Shown here piece after piece: positions 43,651-57,319 of a stretch of 64,000 nt of DNA (its first letter is position 1; every line of letters begins with the position of its first letter). Below the pieces are notes generated by a model. The model saw nothing but the letters and a program-made list of their open reading frames with translations. It did not search any database and was not told the origin of the DNA. The DNA is from Eledone cirrhosa (lineage: Eukaryota), in contig OZ024742.1 of NCBI GenBank assembly GCA_964016885.1, positions 279,062,001-279,126,000 on the forward strand. The letters run 5' to 3'. The position numbers were made by a program, and so were the translations under genes.

Positions 43651-46600
43651 CCTTTAAATAATAATAATAATAACAATAAACATTACTTTTATGTTAAAAA
43701 TGCATCTCATTATTTCAATGTGTTTTAATGTTTAGCCAGTGTACAGAATTCAAGGCGCCATATATTTAGATATTGAAATGAAAACAGTATTATTACCATA
43801 AACATTTTGCTATTGAGCATCCAACTGTTTGCATGTCAACAACCAGTTTAATATACTTCCCTCTCAAAAACATTGCAACATCCATAGACTCTATCAGGCA
43901 ATAGCAAAGGGAATATTTTGACAACACTTCACTGCATGTGAATAAACTAATAGCTTTGGTCTAAACATTCTGCTACAAAGAATACTTCGAATGAGAATTT
44001 AAAAAAAAACTGTGCAATATACATGGAATTATGGAAACAAAAACAAGAAAGGAAAAGAAAAAAAGGAACAAGGAAAAATGAGTTAAGCAACGAAAAAACG
44101 GTAGAGTGGAAGGGTGTGATAAACTCTGCATCCCAGCCTGATCGGTGTTTCAACAGCACCCTAGAGACGAAATGGTAAACTGTTAAGAAAATACATTTTT
44201 CAGAAATTTTCAATCAATTTGAGTTTGAGCTGTATAGAGGAACAGAGCAACATTTTCTTAGAGGGAATACATTTCTTGAATGATTTTCAGGTGTGTTTGG
44301 TGACGCTCTGAAGCATTAGAATGTATTTGAATTGCAAATAATAATTCTAATAAGGTTAAAGGTTCCTCTAAGACATCATTATTACTTGTTGATCTGTGTT
44401 GTCAAGAGTGCCAGAAAAACCTCTTTGGACTATGACAGACATTCCCCGCCATCCACGGTGCAGTGGAGTTAGTTGAGATTCAACTCATTGTCAGCCTATC
44501 TCCAATTTATTCAGCTAGCAGTTGCGAAACGATTGAACATGATTTGTCATTTGGCAAGTAATCAAATTTTGTTTGATTTTGCGTACTGGAGATACGCATT
44601 TCGATTTTTCAAGGAAATTGAATAGACTTTTTCAAGAGAAACTGGTATTTCATCCGATTCGTGTGAAGTGTATGCGAACAATTACCACTGATATTGGGAG
44701 TCTGTTTTATATATCCAGAACCAAGTTGATATTAACTACAATTATTTGCCATTTGACCTTGGAAAATCTGTGAAAATATGACTTCGCTTCGAGACATTCT
44801 CATGGATCTGTTATTTTTACGGTGGTGATGGCAAGGTGTAGATAAACCGCAGATGGCAACAGCAATTAAGCAGGAAAAATGACACAAATTTCACTATTTA
44901 TATAGTTATTTCGCGTAGTAGTCACTTGTTTCTCAGTTTCTCAACAGATGGGATTTTATCATGCATTCAAACATTCATATAATTTGTGATAGAACAAATA
45001 TTTGAGCCGCCTTGAGTAAATATATCTGCATGTGGCATACACAAATACCTTACGCTTAATGATAAGTGCAAGTATATATGTGCATGCATTAATGTATACG
45101 CACACTCACAAATCCTTAGAATTGTCTTGACTCAAACAAAATCTTTAGTGACAGTCAGATATTCTAAGAAGAAAAAAAAAATAAATAGCAAAGAAAAACA
45201 TGTATGCATCCATACAAAACATACATATTGGGTCGTCAAATATCAAATGTGTAGAAACGTGTAATAAAAAAAGAAATTTCTACAAATGTCATACTTGATG
45301 ACACATTACATAACAAAAAATATATATCCACATATGTATGTACATACGTTATGCAAGTATATAAGAACATACATGTATGTTCACATACATAAAAAGATAG
45401 ACCAGTTAGCTGGGATAATACATTTATTCTTGAGACGAAAAACGCAGTCCACAGAAGAGATAAACATGGCATGGACTTTCAAGTTCATAACACGCGAAAT
45501 CGAATGGCACCTTTATGCAATCAAGGAACAGGAAATATCAACGAAGCACCAAGTGGATAAAAGAGGAACGTCAGCCGCACATAAATAATTTGTTAGCCAC
45601 ACTGTTGCCCTCTGCGAAGGAACTTCTCGTTACTCGGAAGATCACCGGACAAAGATAAACTTGAAATTAAGGAAAAGAGAGAAATGTACATACATGGATA
45701 CATGATGATTGCTTCATGTTGACAGATGATAGCTTTCTCAACATCCCCATAAACTTTCTTGCAAGTCAGCATCTTCATATGTACACGGAGGGGATTTTCA
45801 ATCCAGCCAAAAAAGTAAGAGAGAGAGACATAATATCAGGAACTCAAACGACTGAAACATGTGAAACCTGAGCACAAGAATCGTTACTACTCTCGCCTAT
45901 ACTACTTCCGGGGTACCGTACTTTCGGAAGTAGCAATACTTCATTGGTGCAAATTCAAGTGACTCCCCAATAGCGGTCACAAAGGGCCCAATATCTATAT
46001 GGTTCCATGTATTCAGGGTACTGGTCTGTATTGGTGTGTATACTGAAAACATTCAGATCCACACATACAATAGTATATTTACCTTCACACACACAGTCAC
46101 ACACACACACACACGCACATACGAACACCCACAGAGGCATACATATATATTTACCTAGTTATAAAGATAGATTATTTTGTATAAATCCCAATGAAAAAGT
46201 CTTCTTTCTATGCTAGAGACCGGCTCTCTCTTTATTGGGAAAAATCTTACGAAATAACTAAATTAGAAAACATACATACATACAGACATACATTAATGGA
46301 ACAGTTAACATACGTAAGACATTTCAACAATTCTGTATCTAATAACTGCATATACACTTATACAGATACAAAGCATGTGCACATGCACACATACAACTTA
46401 ATACATACACATCCACATATACAATAACATCCGTATCTGCATAAACATGCATGCATGCAGACATGCAGAAATATCTACCTAGTTGATGTCTGAATTCCAG
46501 TGAGAGAGTCTTGTATCTATGTTAGAAACCAACTCTCTCTCTATTGGTAAACATTTGTGAAATTATAAAACTAGTAGAACATACATACATATATACATCC

Positions 46601-46952
46601 ATACATGCATACATGAAAACACACTTACATACATACGTACATACATACATACGTACATACATACATTCATACAGACATGCATGCATTCAGATATGCATGC
46701 TTACATGTATGCATACATATGTATATATACATACAACCTCCAATGAATTAAATTCTCTCTGCATTAGAAACTAGCTCTCAGCTGGTGAGAAATTAAAAAC
46801 CAAAGCAAAGAACGCCCTTATATACCTATATACTCTATCTGAAATACGATCATATTCCCACTCCATTCTCTCTCAATACATCTGTGATATTTTTTATTTT
46901 CAGGAAAACCCTATTCTTCACTCTACATATCATTATTTCTATGTATTTATGG

Positions 46953-47256
46953 TCTGAGATCAAATACTGCCGAGGTTAACTTTGCTTTTCATCCATACGG
47001 GGTCGATGAAATAAAGTACCAGTAATACACTGGGAAATTGTTGGCCTTGTGCCAACAGTAGAAACAATTATTTCTATATATTTCGGTTTAAAACACTAGA
47101 AGAATACATAGAAATAATTGTTTCTACTTTTCGCACAAGGCCAGCAATTATCCCCGTGCATTAAAGTACCAGTAATGCACTGGGATAATTGCTGGCCTTG
47201 TGCCAAAAGTAGAAACAATTATTTCTATGAATTCTTCTTGTATTTTAACCCGAAAT
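46953..47256. repeat. SINE 3' half followed by inverted and direct re-copies of its tail
   Basis: Tail direct (47013-47075), inverted (~47108-47163), direct (47163-47229); ~47080-47163 and ~47172-47256 form a palindrome. Confidence 0.85.
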
Positions 47257-48812
47257 TACGGATTACGATTTCTTAGCCTAAAATACTCTTTTGTTCTTTT
47301 TAAATGTATATGTATAACCTCATTATTAAAACAAGGAATTATAGTTCAAAAAAGCACGTAATAATCGATTAATTAAAGAACTAGATAACAAAGAAAGTGA
47401 AAGTGAAAATTAATTACAATTAAAATTTGGATCTGTTCAGCGATAGAACATTTTCAGTTTTTAGTCTGGTGTTTATTAACCTCTAATTTCAAACTATTTT
47501 TTGGTTGGGTTTTTGTTTATGCCTGTGTTGTTTTCAGATTGTGTCTTTATTCTCGGTAATTTGTGTTTTCTTAACTGAAACCCGATAAAAGAAGTTCTAT
47601 ACTGATATAAGAACAAAGGCAAATATGAAATGAACGGAAATAGAATCACATGAAAAAAGCGAAACCTTTAGTTAGGTATATAACAAGAAAAGAAAAAAAG
47701 AAAGATATTTTCAACCCTAATTTAAGTGTTTACTCTTGTTTTCTTTCTTTATAAGTTTAAGTTTCCACTCCTTTATAAAAAGTGTCCTTTTTTATGATAT
47801 TTACATAACATGTTATTGATTCTTATGTGACCTTTTGGTCCTGGAATTTTTTCCTAGGATATTTTTCCTGTATTCTGATATCATCGGCAAAATTGTAGAA
47901 CCTATCCTTTTAGTATTGCCTTCAACGTTTTATAATAATAGAAAATAAAATGATATACACACCCCAAAATAATTGTGTCCGTTGAACGACTGTGAATATT
48001 TGTTTTTGTTTTTTTATTGTAAGTGGTGGCGGGTTCAGGAGAAAGGTCAGTACCTATGTGCCTTTTTATAGAAGTTAGAATTTTATTACACTCTGAGCTA
48101 ATATCCCGCCGAGTTCAACATGGACTTCAGTCGTCCGGTGTCGATATATTATAATGCAAGAATCTATGGCAATGGATTTGATGAATCTTTAAAGAGTCAA
48201 AATAGATGCCTTCAACTTATTGATCACTTCGTCCCTTTCGATTCTAAGTTTAGAGAACACTTTCACTAGCACTCCCACAAATTTCAGAGACCTGAGTGTT
48301 ATGGGCATTGCCCTTTTTCCTCGTGACTAATCAATAAGAACACTAACAACTTCATAAAATACTGTTCTGTTGTTCGCTGTTCATAGGAACACACCAAACG
48401 ACGTGATGAGAAATCTGATAACTTAAATCTACTTTCTGCTATTGTGTCATACGCATAAAGATGGATAGAAAGCAAACAAAGAATTACATGAAATAAAATA
48501 AATAAAAAGAAAAAAACAAACAACAATGAAAAATAAAATGAAACCGATATAAAGCAAACAAGAAAACGAAGTTCTCATAATATAAGCATCGTTGATGAAA
48601 CAGTTTTTACTCGTCAGCAGTCACAGACGTAAACTTAACGTAAACGCCATTTTCTTTTTAGTTTCTTTTCTTACCCTGTATTATTGCTTTATTTTTTAGC
48701 TGGACCCGGTTGTAATTTGTACGAATTGAAACATTTGTTCAAATGAACCGACACGCCTGAAACATTGATATCTTTCTTACTCTTGCTTCCTTTTTGCTTT
48801 CCTCATGTTCTC

Positions 48813-48832
48813 CGTTGTTGCCATTGTTGCTA

Positions 48833-48896
<64 letters not shown>

Positions 48897-49088
48897 TGTT
48901 GTTGTTATTGTTATTGAGGTTGGTGTTGCTGTTGTTGTTGTTGTTCTTGTTCTTGTTCTTCTTTTTCTTCTTCTTCTTCTTATTATTATTATTCTTTTCT
49001 TCTTTCTTCTTATTCTTTTCTTCTTTTTCTTCTTTTTCTTCTTTTTCTTCTCCTGCTCATGCTTCTTCTTCTTCTTCTTCTTCTTCTT
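48813..49088. repeat. Compound trinucleotide microsatellite (GTA/GTT/CTT/ATT)
   Basis: Direct reading. Confidence 0.95.
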
Positions 49089-49465
49089 AATGATCAGCTT
49101 TTTTTCTTCTTTCTGTCTATCCTTCCTCTTCATTGTCGTCACCAACGTCGTCTTTCGTTTCTCTCTAGTAATGATGTTATTTATGGCCACGAAATCAGTG
49201 AAAATACGTGACCGAGTCAAATTATTCGAAAGATTCCGGCAGATCTGGCAGACATCCTGACGTATTAGAAACTCTCTAGAAAAGTCTTCTTGTCGCGGTA
49301 ATCAAATAGCAGAAGATAATGTTATTAAAGCTATTACTAACTTACTATACGTGTCTTGCTCAGCACCCAACTTTTATTCTTCGCGTGACTTTCTTTCTCA
49401 CTCTTTTTTCTGTCTGTCTCACCTCCACCTTCTCCTCCTCCTCTCACTCTCTCAACACACACAGA

Positions 49466-49590
<125 letters not shown>

Positions 49591-51878
49591 GTACATGTGT
49601 GTAGGTAGGTAGATAGATCGATGGACATGCATGCTGACATGCGGGTGCGTTGGTTTTAACACTCGTATTTCTAACTATTGATCATCGACCACCATAAGCA
49701 TTACCATGGTCACTATCATAACATTCACCACCACCCCCACTACCAAATATTTATAGTCAATATCATTTCAGCCTTGACCATCACACATTTTATCAATCTT
49801 GTCAAATCTACTTTGGAGGTGGGTAAGAGATATCTTCTCTTGTGAAAATGGACATAGCTTTCATTATGTAAAATTCCCCCCCATTTTGCCTCATTTCTCT
49901 CCGTTTTGGGACACTTCTATTCATAGTACCCTAGTACCCCAGTTTGGGTTTATAGAGGTTGGCGGATCTGTTTTATCTTTAGGCCTTGCAGACCGTAGAA
50001 GCTTCATTGTTGGCACGTAGCGTATAATATAGCAATGTAGCGCTGTTGTTGATTGCTGTTCTTAGCGGCCACGGCAGCTCTGATCAAGCAGACCTATAAT
50101 CAAAAGGTGTCACAGCTGTGACCATCTCATATTTCTTTTTTTTGTTGCACTAATACAGTGTCACATCTAGTGTCACATAGTGTCCTGTTTTATGAAGATG
50201 TCAGTGATTTGAATGAAATTTCGTTGCTATTTTCAGTAGGTAAAGCAACTGGGTAACATCTATACTGTAAGTTTATTGTGTAGTGTACGGGAGTGTAGTG
50301 TAGTGTGCTATGATAAGGTAATTGTTATACTATAATGTAATGTGATAAATTATACAATAGTACAATGTAGTGTGGTGTGGTATTGAACACTATGATATAA
50401 TAGTATGGTATAGCATCGTACCTCATCGAGTAATGTGGTGTTGTGTGGTGTAGAGTGGTACATTATAGTACAATGTAATATAATACACTGCAGTGTACTA
50501 TAGTATTGTCTAATATAAACTCCCTCTTGTAGTTCTCATTTATAGTATATTTATCCACAAACGTGGTCGACTGCATATTGATTTCATTTCACTGATTTAA
50601 CTGATTTACGCCTTGATTTCCTTCCTCCCACCACCATCTTTTCCCATTTCCTTCCCGCCTCGTTCTTCTCCGTTTAAAGATGGCGTCAAACATCTCGTCA
50701 TTCTGACTCCATTAGGCGAACGAACATTTAATATATATCGTTTTGTTTTCAACACAATTTACGTTAAGTTGATAACATTACGTTGTCGTTTTGTTAACTG
50801 CCTTAGAATGTACGATTTTATTATCTTATCTGACAGCAAAAGAAACGCATGCATGATTCTGTGGTTGCGATTAAGGTGTTTGCACCACGACTACATGTTC
50901 GATAACGTCGCGATCGGGATCGATAATATCCTGCGTAACATTGGGCATGTGTCATTTTACCTTTGTTTTTGTAACTGTTAATATATATAGTATCAGGAAG
51001 AATGCCTTTTAGTATTAGTATTCGCCATTGATTTTTTCCATTATGAGATCAAATCCCACCGAGGTCAAATTTTCCTTTTATTGTTTTGATGTAGATATAT
51101 GAAGTACATATCCAGTGTAGGGAATAGCTAGGGTTATTAGAGCGTTGGGCGAGATGCTTTGCGATAACTGCTCCAGTTCATTGTGTTTTGAGTTCAAATT
51201 CCACTTGGTTTTAGTATCTAGGGCTAATCATCTCAGCCCTTCCAACCTCTAAAAATATAAACGGGGAGTTCCATGAAATAAGTGCCCCAAAACGGTGAGA
51301 AATGGGGCAAAATAGGGAGATTTTACAGAATGAAAGCCCTACCCATTTTCACAAGAGAAGACATCTCTTACCCACCCCAAAGTGGGTGGGAGACCACCAC
51401 GTCGAACGGGGAGACTTTACAGGTCTGTCAATTGAACCCATAATAACAACGTCCAATGCTCACAAAGAATACTTAGACATTTAAGCTTAAGTCTAACTGA
51501 GTTGCTGAAACGTCATCCAGCAATGGATAGAACTTACTTCTAGCCTTCGTAAATGTCATACATATGTGTGCCAAAACACTGTCTAAAGGATTGGATGTTA
51601 ATAATATGATACAAGTAAAATAAAACCAATCCGGAATATTAAAGTGATGTACGATAATGAATGTATAAAACTATACGTGTTTATAGACAATAGTTTTCGT
51701 GATATTAAGGAAGTGTTATGCTAAGATACATGTTTACACATGTCCTATTGAAAGGAACAGGATATGAAGCTTGAAAATAAAGAATATATGAAAGAGATTT
51801 AAAATATATTTTGTGAAACACATTTCTAGATTTTCGTCACTTATTCTGAAATGATTTTCTCTTTCACCCTCTTCCATG

Positions 51879-52067
<189 letters not shown>

Positions 52068-52131
52068 TATATATATATATTTATATATATATATTTATAT
52101 ATATATATATATATATATAAATATATATATT

Positions 52132-52190
<59 letters not shown>

Positions 52191-52279
52191 GTATATGTAT
52201 ATGTATATATATATATGTATATATGTATATGTATATATATATATGTATATATGTATATGTATATATATATATGTATATA

Positions 52280-52320
<41 letters not shown>

Positions 52321-52374
52321 ATATATATGTATATGTATAAATATATGTATATGTATATGTATATGTATATTTAA

Positions 52375-52746
52375 GAAACTCATTCAGAGGGTGGATGGGT
52401 GCTACACGAGAATGCTGAGGATGGCTCTGAACATTAATCAGTATACACTTAGGATGAAAAACTCAGAGCTGTACGGGAGCATCCCAAAAGTCAGCTCAAA
52501 AGTGACACAGAGGAGACTGAGGTTGGCTGGACATGCTCACCGACATCCAGAGTTGACATTGCACTCAGTGCTCCTTTGGGAGCCCCTACATGGACACACT
52601 AGAAGAGGAAGACCAAGGTTAACGTATGTTGATGCCCTAAGGACAGACACTGGTCTGTTGGAGATGCAGGACATGGCAGCGATAATGAGGGACAGAGACC
52701 GCAGGAGAGAACTCGTCCATGGATCTCGGGAATTTTACCCGCCTTA
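52375..52746 (+). mobile_element. RTE-group LINE 3' fragment
   Basis: [16 protein letters not shown]...[12 protein letters not shown]...[12 protein letters not shown]. Confidence 0.88.
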
Positions 52747-52789
52747 GATAGATAGATAGATAGATATATAAATATATATATATATATAA

Positions 52790-52847
<58 letters not shown>

Positions 52848-53060
52848 GAGCGGCATTCGAAAACACCGATGAACTGGACTCCACGTGGCGGTAAACGGAG
52901 GCGAGGTTGTCCAAGGATCACCTGGTGACGAACGTTCCGGAAGGACCTAATGGCAGCCAACACCACCAGGCACGGTCTCGAAGAAGTTGCCGCTGATCGT
53001 GACGTTGGCGAGTACTTACTGCTCGATGCGCCGAACGGCGCGGAAGAATCTAAAACTAAG
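52848..53060 (+). mobile_element. RTE LINE 3' fragment (different family)
   Basis: NWTPRGGKRRRGCPRITW*RTF...A.DR motif, then short tail aatctaaaactaag. Confidence 0.7.
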
Positions 53061-53104
<44 letters not shown>

Positions 53105-53165
53105 GTATATATATATTTATGTATATTTATATATATATATATACATATGTATATATACATATGTA

Positions 53166-53226
<61 letters not shown>

Positions 53227-53301
53227 TACATATATATATATAGAGATATATATATACATATATACATATATATATATATACATACATATATATATATACA
53301 T

Positions 53302-53570
53302 TAGTAATCCTCTCTGGCTTCTTAATATTCTCTACCAGATACTTCGTCTTAATCTCATTCATTCTCAGCCTCACACTCACCGACTCAGTCTCCACTTCCT
53401 ACATCAAATCCTCTGACTCCTTCACTGTGTTTGTCACCAGGACTTTCTCGTCAGGAAATTCAGCATCCGATATATATTTCTCCTTAACTCTCCTACTCTG
53501 AGCCAGTGTTAGAGTTAAGCCAGAGTCCTGGTGTTTCTCCAGCGCAAGGCGCATACAATAGTCCACTCTG
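53302..53570 (-). mobile_element. RTE RT internal fragment
   Basis: VDYCMRLAL...GLTLT...SRRVKEKYISDAEFPD (D.D.ADD-like)...[13 protein letters not shown]. Confidence 0.75.
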
Positions 53571-53589
53571 GGAACCCCTGCAAGAGTGA

Positions 53590-53720
53590 GAGCAAGGTCT
53601 ACATATGTTGATGCCCTAAGGTCAGACACTCGTCTCTAGGAGACGCAGGACAGGGCAGTGATGATGAGAGACAGAGATTGGTGGAGAGAACTCATCCACG
53701 GATCTCGGGAATTTTACACG

Positions 53721-53722
<2 letters not shown>
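53590..53722 (+). mobile_element. Second copy of the RTE 3' end seen at 52612-52744
   Basis: tatgttgatgccctaagg.cagacac...ggatctcgggaattttac. Confidence 0.85.
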
Positions 53723-53809
<87 letters not shown>

Positions 53810-54147
53810 TAGTTTTGCGAGGTTTTTTATATGAAATCGTGTGTCGAAACAGTGAGTGTGTTCTGTTATTAATTCTGGCAATATTACGCAAATATGACCC
53901 TCCCCAAGTATAACAATATATATATTTATATATACATATATGTGTATGTGTGTGCATGTGTGTGTGTATGTCCGCATGCGTATGTGCGTGTGTGTTTGTA
54001 TGTATGTGAGTATGTATATATGTATGAATGTACGTATGTATGTATGTACATGTCGACAAACTTATCTCATTTTACTCTTGTACTAGTTTCAGTTATTTTG
54101 TAGTGGTTATGAATGTACATATACACATACAGACGAACGTGTGTGCG

Positions 54148-54207
<60 letters not shown>

Positions 54208-55375
54208 AATCAAACTTAAACATACACATTCAGAGAAAAGCATGATGGGGTTGTAAGATGAAGCGAGGTTGACTTTTGTTGGTGAAAGGGGTATGATTAA
54301 GAATACAGATGTCGAAATTAAAATATTTTTCGGAAAAGGGAGATGAGTTCATCCGAAAAAAAAACATAGTGAAACAAAGTAGCAATCACTCACACACGAT
54401 ACACACACGCACATAAATACAAACACATACTTGCATACTCACACAAAAGCAAGCTCGTAGACACACATTCCTCTCTATATATTCCTATGCGTATGTATAC
54501 ACACACACACTTGTATCTATACACACACATCCACATACACACACTCATATATATATACATAAATATATACATACACACACGCACACACACACATATATAT
54601 ATATATTCATATGTACATGCATACATATATATATACATGCATATATATATATATATATATATACATACATCATACATACATACATACATATACACATTCA
54701 TACATACATACACACTTTCGTGCTTCTATGTATATATATATACATATATAGATATATTAATAAGCAAGATAACAGACAAAGAAAAGAAAAAAACCGCTAA
54801 GAAAAACGGGAAAGAGACCAAATCATACCGAAACTATTTTCTGAAAGTATTGTTTTTCTTTCGTTCTTTCCTTTTCATTTGTTAGAATTTTCTTTTATGC
54901 CATTTTTAGAAATGATTCCCAGGAGAAAATTTTCTAAATAAAAGTTGGTTTGGAAAATTAAGCTAAATAATTTGACACCAAGTATATAAAGAAAGAAAAA
55001 AAAATCCTTGAAAATAGTGGGTTTAAAATTTCGTTAACTGGCTAACCGGAAATAGTTATTTTTTATAGGATATTGTGAGCTGAGTATCTTTGTTCGGGCT
55101 TATTTATTTGTTATCATTATTATTCTTTATCAACTTGAATGGGTGGGCGTGTTTCGTTTTACACAGCTGAACAATATATATTTTTTGTGGGTCCATGATG
55201 TGAATGAATGTGTGTGTGTGTGTGTGTGATTCTCTGTTGAAAATTGATTATTATATATTATGATGTCACTGTGGAAATAATCTGGTTTTCTAACTCAATT
55301 TATAACACATTCCAAACATTTTCTTACACGAATGGCTGTGTGTATGTGTGCATATATATGTGCATACATGTATTC

Positions 55376-55410
<35 letters not shown>

Positions 55411-56074
55411 CTGTTGCATATCTATTCATTCGAAGATAAAGTTGCTTCTATTTCTTAGATATCATTGTTGTACCTCTGATGAGCATGTAGATATGATATA
55501 ATTCCAATATGTAAAATACATATCTACGGACAATTGAATCAGCACAGTTTTGCTGTTGGATAACTGAATATGACAATGAAATCTGGTTGCGATAAGAACT
55601 TTTGTATACAATTATATACCATTATATACCATTATATACACATTTGCTCCATAATTTCCGATCCGTTGTGAATCCCTCAATTTACTATTGACTCGGAAAA
55701 AGACTTCGTTTCCTTGTTGCTATTTGAAAGGGACGTCTACGTGTCACAACGTAGTATTGCCTCAGAAGCATATTAGATAAAAATATATTACCCGAAAAGC
55801 TGTGCGAAGAATTCTGGAAATTAAGTAACGTGATTGTTGACACCACATAAATACTTGTTAAGAATGGATATCTTGCATTCGTATTCATATTCATATGTTC
55901 GTATTCATATTCTTGCATTCGTATTCATATATATATATACGTTTATATCTTCATATACAACCCAGGAGATCCTACATCACAATGAGAATTTGCATACGGC
56001 ATTGTGTGATTGATATACTTACCCCATTGTTTATTGAATAGAAGGGTGCAAAAACACACCCAACTAACGATTAA

Positions 56075-56525
56075 CCACAATAAGGACCTCAAGCCGTAGC
56101 AACCAAGCCCAAATCAGTTCCCAATGAGCAAGATACGGTCATCTGAGCTGGCTTTTCTCACAACGGGAAAACTTGTCTAACCCGTGCTAGCTTGTAAAAT
56201 TAGAAGTTGAACCAGGGGCGTGCAACAGGCGGTCCACGGGCCACAATCCAGCCCGCCAGACCAGTCAGAGTGGCCCGCTATGACCGTTCTTAATTTTTAC
56301 CTTGTAGGCTTATTTAGAATTTTTTCGTACCCGTATTAAAATGTTCTGTTAGTTGACCTATACAAAAAGGCTGCACTGATAGCGTTATGTGTTATACTTT
56401 CCCAGTTCCTTGTTATGGAGTGAAGTTGTGATGAATCTTTGGAATAGTGCTTAATAAATATTAATGGCCCTAATATTTGTTCCAATGTTCAAATGGAATA
56501 TGTTGCACACCCCTGCGTTAAACGG

Positions 56526-56555
<30 letters not shown>
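56075..56555 (+). mobile_element. Decayed SINE (Nin-like domain, RTE-like (GAT)n tail) interrupted by a MITE
   Basis: aaggacctcaagccgtagcaacc resembles the Nin motif; ttgtctaacccgtgctagc...cgttaaacggt(gat)n tail. Confidence 0.55.
56213..56515. mobile_element. hAT (Charlie-like) MITE
   Basis: TIRs caggggcgtgcaac / gttgcacacccctg; 8-bp flanks agttgaac / cgttaaac (6/8 identical). Confidence 0.85.
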
Positions 56556-56556
<1 letters not shown>

Positions 56557-56587
56557 ATATTCCTATATATATATATAGTATTATTAA

Positions 56588-56720
56588 TAATTGTTTCTAC
56601 TTTTGGCACAAGGCCAGCAATTACACAGTGCATTACTGGTACTTTATTTTATCGACCTCGTAAGGATGAAAGGCAAAGTTAACCTCGGCGGATCTGAATT
56701 CAAATCCGCCGAGGTGAACT
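56588..56720 (-). mobile_element. SINE 3' half ending in a short fold-back
   Basis: Core and tail present; acctcggcggatctga-at-tcaaatccgccgaggt inverted repeat at the truncation point. Confidence 0.85.
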
Positions 56721-57319
56721 CCCAGCATAATAATAATAATTACTATTATTGTATCTAAAGTTTTCTCAAAATCTTTAATTCAATTATTAAGGAAATATGT
56801 CAACATATAAATTAAACATAGGCGTCAAACCGCATAGATATACAGATCAAACAAACGCATACTAACTACAGTCTATTCAACAGAACTTAGTAGCGACAAC
56901 GCCATCACTACAGTCACCGCCGCCACCACTCCATCATTGCTATCACTATCCCATCACCGCTGCCACCACTCCATCTTTGCCACCCCACTACCTTCAGTTA
57001 ACTTAAGAAAGGAGAAGGTGGCGGTAACACTAGACAGGTGAGAGGCTAGCAAAAGATATAAATAGATGACTTAGTGACACGGTCAAACGTCAACGGCTAT
57101 GGCACTGCTGGCTCCCCCCCTAACCCACCAACAATAGAAAAAGACCCAGTACCACCACCGACATAGCCAACAACAACAACAAGCAACTTCAACAAAAAGT
57201 ATATTATATTATTAATAATAATTTCATTCATAAGCCACGCAGTGCTCACATTAAGGAACCACTCATGATAATAACAATTTAAAAAAGAAATAAAGAAAGA
57301 AAACTCCATGACCAAGAAA

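Noticed and set aside
44270-44900. Possible hAT transposase relic (minus strand)
   Set aside because: Too decayed to support by eye
45440-45780. Candidate host exon(s) on the minus strand with a polypyrimidine-AG
   Set aside because: Implied intron is only ~34 nt, there are stops in all frames and no recognisable protein
55465-55533. CTGATGA gcatgt...atatgt AAAA tacatatc hammerhead-like motif
   Set aside because: GAAA mutated and stem I offset; possibly a relic but not supportable
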